From Candidatus Nezhaarchaeota archaeon WYZ-LMO8 (GTDB taxonomy: Archaea; Thermoproteota; Methanomethylicia; Nezhaarchaeales; WYZ-LMO8), in the NCBI GenBank assembly GCA_004347965.1, contig QNVF01000001.1, positions 43,724-107,723 on the forward strand: a stretch of 64,000 nucleotides of DNA. Reading direction: 5' to 3'. Position 1 is the first letter of the stretch, and every line of letters starts with the position of its first letter. The translations under genes were made by a program, and so were the position numbers. Under the pieces are notes generated by a model. That model was not told the origin of the DNA and searched no databases. It saw nothing but the letters and a program-made list of their open reading frames with translations. This document shows, piece by piece, positions 10,856-20,716 of the stretch.

Positions 10856-11785
10856 GTGGACAAGAAGAACAGATATATTATTGGAAGCTCCATAGTAGCG
10901 ATAGCCCTACTTACTTTAGCACCATATTTCATCCCACTTTATTGGATGGCTTTCCTGTTCTTCTGCTTTATATATTTAGTTCTTACTGAGATGTGGGTTT
11001 TGGTTGCAGGTTTTACTGGAATGGTATTGTTAGGTATCGGGGGGTTTGTTGGTATCGGAGCCTATTCCTTCGTTATTTTCTCTACTTGCCTAAATTGGCC
11101 TCTTTGGCCAAGTCTGATACTTTCAGGGATTATTGGGGTTATCATCGCGTTGGCTGTGAGCTCTACGATCTTTAGAATGAGGGGAGCGTATTTTGCAATG
11201 AGCACCTTGGTGATCGCAAATGCCCTTTTTGCATGGTTTTCAACATGGTCCTATACGGGAGGCGGAGCTGGAATAGTTGTTAACGTTAAGCTTCCAATTG
11301 CAATAGTTTACCATATTGCGCTTATATTAGCATTTGCCTCAATAATTATCGTAACTTTTGTTGTGAGAAGTAATCTTGGTTTAATGCTCAAAGCTATAGG
11401 AAGTGACGAAGATGCCGCTTTAACGGTAGGCGTAAATACTTATACTTGCAAGTTGTATTGTTTTCTTATCGCAAGCTTTATGATTAGTTTAGCTGGAGCC
11501 ATATATTTTCTCTATCCAGGATTCGTTACACCAGACGCAGCTTTTTCCCCCATATGGCTTATTAATACACTTACGGCGGCATCTGTTGGAGGCTGGACAA
11601 ATATTGGAGGAGCTATAATTGGGGTCATATTTATTATCACGTTACAACAATTTTTCTATGTAAATTATCCTGGCTTATCAATGTTGATCAATGGTATAAT
11701 AATAGTGGTCATCTTCTTGATATCTCCTAGGGGGTTATGGCCCGCAATTCGCAGTCTTATTGAAAAAAGATTAAAAAGGTTCTGA
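10856..11785 (+). CDS. livM: ABC transporter permease, LivM-like
   Basis: Multi-pass hydrophobic protein, paired with the preceding permease. Confidence 0.8.
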   Translation: MDKKNRYIIGSSIVAIALLTLAPYFIPLYWMAFLFFCFIYLVLTEMWVLVAGFTGMVLLGIGGFVGIGAYSFVIFSTCLNWPLWPSLILSGIIGVIIALAVSSTIFRMRGAYFAMSTLVIANALFAWFSTWSYTGGGAGIVVNVKLPIAIVYHIALILAFASIIIVTFVVRSNLGLMLKAIGSDEDAALTVGVNTYTCKLYCFLIASFMISLAGAIYFLYPGFVTPDAAFSPIWLINTLTAASVGGWTNIGGAIIGVIFIITLQQFFYVNYPGLSMLINGIIIVVIFLISPRGLWPAIRSLIEKRLKRF

Positions 11786-11863
11786 AAAGCTCTTTGAGAG
11801 TAAGGTCTGGCTAAAAGTTTTAGTAAGTTTTATAAAATAAGAGCATTTTAATACTAAAGCAAT

Positions 11864-13177
11864 ATGAAGGGTATAGCTAGAGGGAATGGTATGCCTTGTT
11901 GTAGGTCTGCGATAACCAAGGTTCAGGGTGCGGTCATCGCCATCATCGCCATCATTATTGTTGCAGCTTTGGTTTCAGGCATATATTACTATTATACGAG
12001 CATCCCGACACCAACGCCTCCTCCACCAGAGAAGATCAAAATTGGGATGATAGCCTCCCTCTCCGGCGGTCTAGCAACTGTTGGGCGTTTGCAGAAAATA
12101 ACAATAGAAGAGGCGGTCAAGATGATAAACAGCGAGGGAGGAGTATTCCTAAAACAGTATCAGGCTAAGGTACCAATAGAACTAATCATATACGACGACG
12201 AAAGTAACCCGGCAAGGGCAACAGAACTCGCCGGACGCCTAGCAGCCGAAGGAGTCGTCGCAGTAATCTGCTGCAGCTACGCTCACATAGTTACCCCAGC
12301 AGCAAAAGTCACAGAACGATACGGCATTCCCTTACTAAACGGAGGAACTCCAATAGAATTTGTTGCGGCGGCAGGTCCATGGAACTATACATGGAGCTAC
12401 GGCATGTCGTACAAAAAAATCATAGATGACTTCTTAGCCTTCTTAGAAGGCTATAAAAACAGAACAAACATGAAATTTGCCGTCATATTATCTGATGATA
12501 TTATTGGGCGGACACAGAAAACACTGCTTGTTCCTGAACTTGAAAAGAGAGGGTACTCAGCCTTTGTTCCGGATCTCTATCCACCAGGAACAACTGATTT
12601 TACTGCATTAATAACGAAAATGAAGGAGGAGAAGTGCGAAATACTTTGGATGCATGGTACTGCACCTACATTTGCTACCTTCTGGCGTCAATGTCTCGCA
12701 TTGGGATACAAGCCTAAGATAATTTATCAGTCTGGAGGTTTAGCGCGACTAGAAGAGGTACAAGCTTTAGGTGGGGATCTGGCATTGGGCGTAATAACAT
12801 TCTTATGCTGGCATTATGATTATCCATTTCCAATGAGCAAAACATTTAGAGAGATATGGACAAAATACCTAGTTGAGAAGAACATAGACCTCTCACCGGT
12901 AGCAGCCTACTACTTTACAGTCCCATTCATACTAAAGGATGCGCTCGAGAGAGCCGGTAGCCTAGACAGAGAAGCACTCAACAAAGCTATAGGAGAAACA
13001 AAAATGATTGGAGCACCAGGACCAGTATCATTTGACTCAGTAACCCACGTAGGGACAGGCTACATGTGCTTAGGACAATGGATGAAAACAGAATACGGCA
13101 CATGGATCCTCCAACCAATATGGTCAAAAGAAGTACCAGAAGTAAAAACAGTAGAACCAATATTCCCACTTCCATAA
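11864..13177 (+). CDS. Substrate-binding protein, type I periplasmic-binding fold (LivK-like), with an N-terminal TM anchor and Thr/Pro linker
   Basis: N-terminal hydrophobic helix, TPTPPPPEK linker, then a PBP1-like domain. Last gene of the ABC operon. Confidence 0.75.
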   Translation: MKGIARGNGMPCCRSAITKVQGAVIAIIAIIIVAALVSGIYYYYTSIPTPTPPPPEKIKIGMIASLSGGLATVGRLQKITIEEAVKMINSEGGVFLKQYQAKVPIELIIYDDESNPARATELAGRLAAEGVVAVICCSYAHIVTPAAKVTERYGIPLLNGGTPIEFVAAAGPWNYTWSYGMSYKKIIDDFLAFLEGYKNRTNMKFAVILSDDIIGRTQKTLLVPELEKRGYSAFVPDLYPPGTTDFTALITKMKEEKCEILWMHGTAPTFATFWRQCLALGYKPKIIYQSGGLARLEEVQALGGDLALGVITFLCWHYDYPFPMSKTFREIWTKYLVEKNIDLSPVAAYYFTVPFILKDALERAGSLDREALNKAIGETKMIGAPGPVSFDSVTHVGTGYMCLGQWMKTEYGTWILQPIWSKEVPEVKTVEPIFPLP

Positions 13178-13270
13178 ACACCCCCATTTTTACTTAACAA
13201 AGCTGCTCTAAAAAGAACAAGTTTATGTACATATCCGATGATTTTTTGCCTTCTATTAGAGGTTTAGGAT

Positions 13271-14134
13271 TTGAGAAAACGTAACCTGATTTTTCTATTT
13301 TGTATGGTCATTATGCTTAGCTCTACATGGCCGGCAATGAAGGTTGCATTAATGTTTGTTAGTCCTCTTATTTTCCTTATGCAAAGATGTCTTCTGGCCT
13401 CAATGGTACTTCTACCTCTCATAGCTTTTTTGAATAAAAAATTTCCAACTGATGGAAGAACATGGCTTCATCTTTTTATATACAGCATAATTATAGCCAT
13501 TGGCATGACCATGTCTACCATCGGTTTAGTGTATGAAACTACCGGGTTAAGCTCTCTTTTAACTTGTACCCACCCAATATTTGTTTTCTGTTTAGCTAAA
13601 CTCTTTCTTAAAGAAAGAGTTACCCCAAATAAAATTTTTGGGATGTTGCTAGGCCTTTTAGGTATAATCATACTTTATGCCGAAAGAATTTCGTTTGCTA
13701 CTAGATCTATCTCTCCAATTTTATTACTAACTTCAGGGGCTTTTCTTTGGGCGGTTTCCATGGTCTATTTTAAAAAGTTTTTAAAGAATATAGATCAATT
13801 ACTCGTGACATGCATTCAGTTCTTCTTTGTATTCATTATTATTTTTGCGGTAACATTAATGTTCAATGAATTAACTTTTCCAATTAATCCACCTATACTA
13901 TATATCCTCTCTCTCCTCTACACGTCAATTGTCGGAATGGCTTTAGCGATAGCTTTAATGCTGTCTATCTTAAAAGAAGAAGAGACAATAGTTGTGTCAG
14001 TTTCAAGCCTTATTGTCCCGGTACTTGCAACATTTTTCGGTTGGATCTTTCTACATGAAACTGTAAGTTTCTTCTCTTTCTTAAGTTTCATATTCATATT
14101 AGCTGGCATATACTTAGTTAATAAGGAACGATAA
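13271..14134 (+). CDS. EamA/DMT-superfamily transporter
   Basis: About 10 TM helices in two repeated halves, typical EamA topology. Confidence 0.7.
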   Translation: MRKRNLIFLFCMVIMLSSTWPAMKVALMFVSPLIFLMQRCLLASMVLLPLIAFLNKKFPTDGRTWLHLFIYSIIIAIGMTMSTIGLVYETTGLSSLLTCTHPIFVFCLAKLFLKERVTPNKIFGMLLGLLGIIILYAERISFATRSISPILLLTSGAFLWAVSMVYFKKFLKNIDQLLVTCIQFFFVFIIIFAVTLMFNELTFPINPPILYILSLLYTSIVGMALAIALMLSILKEEETIVVSVSSLIVPVLATFFGWIFLHETVSFFSFLSFIFILAGIYLVNKER

Positions 14135-14202
14135 CTTTTACAATCGCTCTTTATACTATTTAAAAATAAAATTATGGTTTAAAATAAAGATTCTTGTTGT
14201 AA

Positions 14203-15153
14203 TTATAGTCCTATTGTCTTCTCATATCTTAATCTAACTTCTTCAGAGGGCAGGAACTTCTTCTCATATTCTTGTATCTTGTCATATCCTGTGAAGTCAA
14301 ATAGTTTTTTCAGGCCAAATAGTGGGTGGTTTTTATACTTATTCTCAAAATCAATCTGTGCCTGTGTTCCTCTCTTCTTAAGATCTTGCAAATAATCCCA
14401 AACAGCGATTACCGCTGGCTCTAATGACGATCCTGGGAATACAACAATAGCTATTCCTAACTCTTGGCATTCCTCAAGTGATAACCTGGGATGAAGCCCG
14501 CTTGGATGGTACAGCATTGGCGCTCCAACCTCTTTAACGGCCCTCTCTATTTCTTCTTTACCTTTCTCTATGCCTAAGCCGTCAGCAAAGACTACATCAG
14601 CTCCCGCTTCGGCGTAAGCTTTCATTCTTTTTATGGCCTCATTTAATCCTCCACCCACAGCATTTCTCGCATCAGTCCGGGCAATTAAAACAAAATTAGG
14701 ATCTTCATCCTCTATCACTTTTTTAGCAGCCTTAATTTTTCCTATCATCTCCTCCATTGGTATTACCATTTTTCCCTTCAACATTCCACATCTCTTGGGC
14801 ATTACCTGGTCCTCTATATGGATTGCTGCCACTCCAGCCTTTATGTAATCTCTTACTGTGCGCATCACATTAATTGCATTGCCATATCCATTATCAGCAT
14901 CAGCGATTACTGGAACACTCACAACATCCACTATGTACTTTGCATTTTGTATCATCTCTGTTGCGGTTATTAGATTAACATCACACCACCCTATTCTTTC
15001 CATCGATGTACAGCCTCCAGAAATATAAATTGCTTCAAAGCCTACAGCCTCAGCGATCCTTGCAAAAAGTGGGTTATGAGCGCCCGCAGCCACTATCATC
15101 TTCTCGCGATAATTATCCAACATCTTCCTAAATTTTGCTGTCATACTTGTCAT
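14203..15153 (-). CDS. Isocitrate lyase / PEP mutase family enzyme (methylisocitrate lyase / carboxyvinyl-carboxyphosphonate phosphorylmutase-like)
   Basis: ICL/PEPM family signature around IHIEDQVMPKRCGMLKGK. About 300 aa TIM-barrel length. Confidence 0.8.
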   Translation of the reverse strand: MTSMTAKFRKMLDNYREKMIVAAGAHNPLFARIAEAVGFEAIYISGGCTSMERIGWCDVNLITATEMIQNAKYIVDVVSVPVIADADNGYGNAINVMRTVRDYIKAGVAAIHIEDQVMPKRCGMLKGKMVIPMEEMIGKIKAAKKVIEDEDPNFVLIARTDARNAVGGGLNEAIKRMKAYAEAGADVVFADGLGIEKGKEEIERAVKEVGAPMLYHPSGLHPRLSLEECQELGIAIVVFPGSSLEPAVIAVWDYLQDLKKRGTQAQIDFENKYKNHPLFGLKKLFDFTGYDKIQEYEKKFLPSEEVRLRYEKTIGL

Positions 15154-15403
15154 TTTATTGCCCTCCTTCTCTTATGTAAAACTGTAATTACATTAGCTGA
15201 GCCCTTCATAAAGTTTTTGTTAGAACTTTGGGACCAATGATAAGCGACTATTGAACTATATTTAAGTGGGATAAATATTATTAAGCAGAACACGGGATCC
15301 TCAGTAGCATAGTTGCTAACAAAAAATGTTGCTAAAACAAAAGCTTACGTACAAAGATTTATATAAGACTATAAGTGACTTCAATTAAGTTTGAGGTGGG
15401 GGT

Positions 15404-15838
15404 ATGAGTCTATTTGCGCGAAGAGAAGAAATTCCAGAAAAAATGAGGGGGCACGTAATTGTTACTGGAGAAACATTGATGATGCAGATTGTGACCATAG
15501 TGCCAGAACCAGGCAAAGAAGAGGTTCCACCTCATCGACATAACGAAGAGCAGCTAGGATACATATTAGAGGGAGAATGCGAGCTTGAAGTGGAAACAAA
15601 TCATCCTCCCACAGCCAATTGGGGCTCTTGCCCAGACAAGTTTGCGGGACAACCTTCTGAAAAGCGTATACTCAAAGCGGGAGACTTCTTTAGAATACCT
15701 GCGGGGGCTCTTCATAGGCTAAAAATACTTGGGAACAAGCCTGTGTCTTGGATAGCCGCATACCATCCCGTTAGACCTGACTATCTGCCTAATGCAATCA
15801 AGCTTGAATCTAAACATAGACCACTGCCATTTAAATAA
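15404..15838 (+). CDS. Cupin-domain protein
   Basis: Small beta-barrel cupin motifs (PPHRHNEEQLGYILEG ... GALHRL). Confidence 0.5.
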   Translation: MSLFARREEIPEKMRGHVIVTGETLMMQIVTIVPEPGKEEVPPHRHNEEQLGYILEGECELEVETNHPPTANWGSCPDKFAGQPSEKRILKAGDFFRIPAGALHRLKILGNKPVSWIAAYHPVRPDYLPNAIKLESKHRPLPFK

Positions 15839-15967
15839 CTAAGTAATTGTATGTCACTTTTGGAAAATGCTTCTCTTTTTATTTCCCTTTTTCTAACAAC
15901 TTCATACCACAACTTTTATATTTAATCTATCTTTTGAAGGTGAAAGAAACTAACGAGGGGGGCTTAA

Positions 15968-17692
15968 ATGGTTAAGGTTTTAGAAACTGATGTTTTAGTG
16001 ATAGGAAGTGGTGCAGCGGGTCTTTGGTCAGCTATTAAAGTATTTGATTCTGGAATTGACGTGATGATAATAACAAAGGGAATGCTATCCCGAAGCGGGT
16101 GTTCACGTCTCTCTGGCTTTCATTGGGGACCCTACAACCCAGAAAATATCTCTTTAGCCGATATAGATCATTTAGGTACTCATATCAGATTATTTAACAG
16201 CAAGATACTGCGCTCCATACTTGAATATAGTCCAGTGGTTGTTAGAGAATTAGAGCGGCTTGGAATATACTGGAGACGAAGGTCTGATGGCAAAATTGCT
16301 GAACATAAGCCAGACATACCTTATCCACTAGCATGGAAAGCCGGTGAAACTGGTCAAAGAGTTATGGACATTTTATATAGTGAAACTTTACGCAGAGGAA
16401 TTAACTTCATAGAAGATACTATGGCAACTTCATTATTGCTGTCTAATGGTCGATGTGTAGGCGCTACAGCTCTAAATTATATGAGAGGCGAATTTTTCGT
16501 GATAAAGGCAAAAGCCACGATCCTTGCAACCGGGCATCCAGGGGTATATCGCTATAGCACCCAGTCAAGAGAGAATACCGGAGACGGCATCGCTATGGCC
16601 TATAGATGCGGTGCCGAAATTGTTAACATGGAATTCCAGCACTGGCATCATAGTGACACGCAATATCCCGAGTCTGCTAGGCGACTTGTACATAACGTAC
16701 CCTCATGGTCAGAATGCTTCTTTGGGAAGGAATTCTTGGCGAAATTTAAGGGTATCCCAGAGGGTACTGAAGTTTGCACTATTGTGGATAAGGAAGGAAG
16801 AGATGTTATGAAAGAATTGAAAAAACTTGCGGCAACTGTCGACACATTTCATTCTCCGAGTGTTCAACAAATAATAGCTCTACTCTATGGGAAGAGAGGA
16901 GGACTATTTATGCGCTACAACCAGGCAATATTAAAGACCGGCGTACTTGCCGACTCGTTTTATAATTATAGGCCACTCACCAACTTTTATCATCTAGAAA
17001 AGGAATTAGTGCCCCTTGGAACAACTGCACACACCCATGCTGGAGGGGTTAGGATAAACGAGAGATGTGAAACCACTATACCAGGTCTCTATGCCGTTGG
17101 TGGTGTAGCTGGTATTTATCCAACGGTTCTCACCTGTCTATGGGGTGGAGCTACGGCTGCTAAGTATGCTGCGGAAATAGTTAGAAAAACACCATCACCC
17201 GAATTAGATTGGAGTCAAGTGGAGGCTGAAAAAGAAAGAGTTGAATCCTTTTTAAGGTTAAAGCCGAGCGACGGCTTCACCCCACTTCAAATACAGAGGA
17301 AAATAAGAGATTTGATGTGGGATAAAATGTGGATAATAAAGACCGTTTCTGAAATGAAGGAGGCTCTTGTGGAGCTATCGAGAATTGAAAAGGAGCTTGT
17401 TCCAAAGATGGGCTTAGAGACTACTGTAAAGTCTGGCAACTTTGGTTGGGCGCATGCCTTAGAAGTAATTAATATGATCACCGTTTGCAGGCTCATGATA
17501 TGGGCGAGCCTTACACGCAAGGAGACACGCCCCCCTCATATAGTTAAGGACTACCCCAGACAAGACGATGAAAATTGGCTAAAGATCGTAGTCTTGAAAT
17601 ATAAACCCGATAGACCTGATGAGCCGGAGATAAAAATTGAGCCTCTTTCTGATCCTGCCTATTTATATTTAAGCAGTAGAGGGGGACATTAG
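15968..17692 (+). CDS. FAD-dependent flavoprotein of the succinate dehydrogenase/fumarate reductase (SdhA/FrdA/TfrA) family
   Basis: N-terminal dinucleotide fold VLVIGSGAAGLWSA, HTHAGGVRIN (the H-x-H-MGG equivalent) and GLYAVGGVAG. No obvious covalent-FAD histidine motif. Confidence 0.75.
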   Translation: MVKVLETDVLVIGSGAAGLWSAIKVFDSGIDVMIITKGMLSRSGCSRLSGFHWGPYNPENISLADIDHLGTHIRLFNSKILRSILEYSPVVVRELERLGIYWRRRSDGKIAEHKPDIPYPLAWKAGETGQRVMDILYSETLRRGINFIEDTMATSLLLSNGRCVGATALNYMRGEFFVIKAKATILATGHPGVYRYSTQSRENTGDGIAMAYRCGAEIVNMEFQHWHHSDTQYPESARRLVHNVPSWSECFFGKEFLAKFKGIPEGTEVCTIVDKEGRDVMKELKKLAATVDTFHSPSVQQIIALLYGKRGGLFMRYNQAILKTGVLADSFYNYRPLTNFYHLEKELVPLGTTAHTHAGGVRINERCETTIPGLYAVGGVAGIYPTVLTCLWGGATAAKYAAEIVRKTPSPELDWSQVEAEKERVESFLRLKPSDGFTPLQIQRKIRDLMWDKMWIIKTVSEMKEALVELSRIEKELVPKMGLETTVKSGNFGWAHALEVINMITVCRLMIWASLTRKETRPPHIVKDYPRQDDENWLKIVVLKYKPDRPDEPEIKIEPLSDPAYLYLSSRGGH

Positions 17693-17693
17693 T

Positions 17694-19235
17694 ATGAATA
17701 GTGGCTCCACGGTCAGAGTCAGGGTTTTCAGATACCATAAGGGTATGGACAAGCCTAGATATGAAACCTATGAAGTCCCGCGCCTTCCAAAAATGACTGT
17801 TTTAGATGCATTAGAGTACATAACGGAGGTTCTCGGAGTTGATTTAGCTTATCGGAGTAGCTGTGGAATAATGCGGTGCGGGCAGTGCGGTGTTTTAGTT
17901 AACGGTAAGGCTGTCCTAGCATGCCAACATAAGATAGAAACTGATGAGATAACAGTTGATCCATTGCCAAACTTCCCTATAATAAGGGATCTTGTTGTGG
18001 ACTTCAGTCAAGCTCGAAACGATCTTCAAAGGATACTCCATTTTGTTAGAGGAAAAGCTGCAGAATTTCCGGAGCCCATTGATGATGAGAAGATGAAGAA
18101 GGTACGAGATTTCTCTCAGTGCATTGAATGTAGACTCTGTATGAGCGTTTGTCCAATAATCACAGGATATAAAGAGTGGCTTGGACCTACCTTTTTCGTA
18201 TGGGTTTCAAGATTTAACATGGATGTACGTGATGCCGCCAAAAATATGCGCCTAGAAAAAATAAGGGACGAACTTTGGTACTGTGCTGCATGTGGTTCAT
18301 GTGAGATTATTTGTCCGTGGGAAGTACCTGTCTGGGAGGGAATTAACGAGTTACGTAGTGAAGTTGTAGAGAGCGGCTTTATACCTAGGACGCTTAGGGT
18401 GGCTCTAACAAACGTAATTAACTATAAGAATCCATGGGGTCTTCGTGGAAAAAGAGATCAATGGGCTCAGGGTATGAAAATAAAGAGGCTGCCCGGTGAG
18501 AAGGCTGATGTACTCTTTTTTGTGGGATGTACAGCTTCATATGAAACAAGAGTTCAAAATGTCGCTCGAGCTGGAGTTATGGTTCTTGAGAAGGCTAATG
18601 TTGATTTTGGTATTCTCGGGGACTATGAATCCTGCTGTGGTGAACCGTTTCTGAGAATTGGTGAAAAGGGTCTTTTTGAATTGCTGGCTAATGAGAACAT
18701 AGAGAACTTCAAAAGATGTGAGGTAAAGACAATCGTTACAATATGCCCGCATGCATACGACGTATTTACAAAGGAGTATCCCAAACTTGGCATTTCATTC
18801 ACAGCTTTGCATCACACGCAATTTCTCTCTGATTTAATAGATAGAGGTAAACTGAGGATTGCTAGGAGGTTAGATAAAGTAGTTACATATCATGATCCAT
18901 GCTTTCTCGGAAAACGTAACAAGATCTTCGAAGCACCTAGAAAGATCCTAGAGAGTATTCCAGGGATAAAACTTGAGGAAATGCCCAGAAATAAAGAAAA
19001 CAGTTTTTGCTGTGGTGGAGGTGGTGGCAGAATGTGGTTTGAGGAAAGCTCGTTAAAGGTGAAGGAGAGTCCATGCGTTATCCGCGCTAAGGAGGCTGCT
19101 GAGCTTAAACCAGATATAATAGTGACTGCCTGTCCATTCTGCCTAACAAACCTTGAGTACGGCGTCAAAGTGATTGAAAGGGAAAACGAAATCCAAGTAA
19201 TGGACATAATGGAGCTACTGACTAATGTGATTTAA
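17694..19235 (+). CDS. Fused iron-sulfur (SdhB-like 2Fe-2S + 2x[4Fe-4S]) and CCG-domain (HdrD/SdhE-like) subunit, TfrB-like
   Basis: SdhB-like N-terminal 2Fe-2S region (CGIMRCGQCGVLVNG), ferredoxin motifs CIECRLCMSVCP / CAACGSCEIICP, and two CCG motifs (ESCCGEP, SFCCGGGGG). Start 2 nt after the flavoprotein stop. Confidence 0.75.
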   Translation: MNSGSTVRVRVFRYHKGMDKPRYETYEVPRLPKMTVLDALEYITEVLGVDLAYRSSCGIMRCGQCGVLVNGKAVLACQHKIETDEITVDPLPNFPIIRDLVVDFSQARNDLQRILHFVRGKAAEFPEPIDDEKMKKVRDFSQCIECRLCMSVCPIITGYKEWLGPTFFVWVSRFNMDVRDAAKNMRLEKIRDELWYCAACGSCEIICPWEVPVWEGINELRSEVVESGFIPRTLRVALTNVINYKNPWGLRGKRDQWAQGMKIKRLPGEKADVLFFVGCTASYETRVQNVARAGVMVLEKANVDFGILGDYESCCGEPFLRIGEKGLFELLANENIENFKRCEVKTIVTICPHAYDVFTKEYPKLGISFTALHHTQFLSDLIDRGKLRIARRLDKVVTYHDPCFLGKRNKIFEAPRKILESIPGIKLEEMPRNKENSFCCGGGGGRMWFEESSLKVKESPCVIRAKEAAELKPDIIVTACPFCLTNLEYGVKVIERENEIQVMDIMELLTNVI

Positions 19236-19328
19236 ATTAAAGCAATTAAGAAATTTTTCTTATTTTATCACTTATTTTTCAAAAGTTTTATATAGACTTA
19301 GAAAATTAGATTCTCGAGATGATGGAGC

Positions 19329-20657
19329 ATGGTTTTTCATAAAGCAAGTGATATAATCATCGTGGGTGCTGGAACTGCTGGGCTTTCGGCAGCCGTTAGA
19401 GCTAAAGAAGTGGATCCAAATGTTCAGGTAGTTGTTTTAGAGGCAATGCCAACATATGCTAGCAGCCTTCTTATGAAGCCATATTTTGCCCTAGGTTTCC
19501 CAGATGAAGAGTGGTATCGTGAAGGCGTGAAAGCAGGTGGAGACCCTGAATTATGGAAGGTTTATACAGAACGCGGCCGCTGGCTTTATGAGTGGTTAAA
19601 AGAAAAAGGTATTCGACCAATAGATGACGAGAAATGGGAAACGTTGCGGAGAAAACATGAAGTTCCTGGAAGACAGATCATCGAAGTTTTTGATAAGATT
19701 GCTAGAGAAAAAAATGTGGAGATATTATTTAATCACAGGGCAACCAAGCTAATTACGCAACCTGAAACTAGAAGAGTTATAGGCGTTAGAGTCCAAACGA
19801 GGATAGGAGAAGTTAGATTTAAAGCTAAGAGAGCAGTGATCTTGGCAACCGGAGGGTTTGGGCGTAATGAGGAGCTGATAAAGGAGTTTGGCCCATGGTG
19901 GATTGGATGTATTCCGATTGTGCCTCCAGGGCACCAGGGAGACGGGTTAAAGATGGCTTTAGATATTGGAGCGGCAACTAAGTATATAGCTGGGGCGGTC
20001 GTGCCCTCACGAACTGTTTGCGTAGATAACAAGCAGATAACACATATGGATACAGCAGGATCCATTGCGGTTGATCCCCGCGGAAAAAGATTCGTCGATG
20101 AATCAGATCCATTCTATGGTACCATGACCAAAAAATGTTTAGAGATGATTCCAGAAAAATACTTCTACATAGTTTTTGATGAGAAGATAAGGCTAGATGC
20201 AAAGCTAGAATACGAAAAGCCAGTAATTTATAAGGGAAATACTATTGAGGAGCTCGCGATGAATGCGGGAATAGATCCGAAGGGACTTAGAGAGACTATA
20301 GAGAAGTACAATCATGATTTAGAAACTGTAGGATATGACACGGTATTTGGGAGAAAGTGTATATGGCAAGGAGCTGACCCAAGACCCCCGCCAAAGATAG
20401 ATACTCCTCCATTCTATGCTATTAAGGTCACAGGATCTTTTACTTCATTTAAGGCAGGGATCCGAATTAACAGTAAAGCTCAAGTGTTAACTTGGTTCAA
20501 TGAAGTCATACCTGGACTATATGCTGCAGGTGAGGTAACAGGTGGTCTCTTCTATAAGGGGTATTATCATCCAAATCCGTCTATGGTAACAAGTGCTATG
20601 ATATTTGGATGCATCGCCGCTGAAAATGCTGTAAAAGAGTCACCCATTGACTGTTAA
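19329..20657 (+). CDS. FAD_binding_2 family flavoprotein (soluble fumarate reductase / KstD / TcuA-like dehydrogenase)
   Basis: IIIVGAGTAGLSAAVRA dinucleotide fold, ATGGFGRN, and C-terminal PGLYAAGEVTGG motif. Confidence 0.7.
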   Translation: MVFHKASDIIIVGAGTAGLSAAVRAKEVDPNVQVVVLEAMPTYASSLLMKPYFALGFPDEEWYREGVKAGGDPELWKVYTERGRWLYEWLKEKGIRPIDDEKWETLRRKHEVPGRQIIEVFDKIAREKNVEILFNHRATKLITQPETRRVIGVRVQTRIGEVRFKAKRAVILATGGFGRNEELIKEFGPWWIGCIPIVPPGHQGDGLKMALDIGAATKYIAGAVVPSRTVCVDNKQITHMDTAGSIAVDPRGKRFVDESDPFYGTMTKKCLEMIPEKYFYIVFDEKIRLDAKLEYEKPVIYKGNTIEELAMNAGIDPKGLRETIEKYNHDLETVGYDTVFGRKCIWQGADPRPPPKIDTPPFYAIKVTGSFTSFKAGIRINSKAQVLTWFNEVIPGLYAAGEVTGGLFYKGYYHPNPSMVTSAMIFGCIAAENAVKESPIDC

Positions 20658-20716
20658 TCCTAACATTCGCTAGCTAACTTTTATGGTTTTTAAAATTACA
20701 GCGGTTGGTGGTTAGG

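Noticed and set aside
518-20202. Numerous 60-130 aa ORFs nested antisense or out of frame inside large genes (for example 518-748, 1450-1653, 3162-3566, 4647-4925, 5137-5526, 6667-6915, 10993-11175, 12987-13187, 16524-16811, 18890-19207, 19733-20065)
   Set aside because: They are wholly contained in strongly supported genes with conserved motifs, lack ribosome-binding sites, and have biased low-complexity composition typical of antisense frames.
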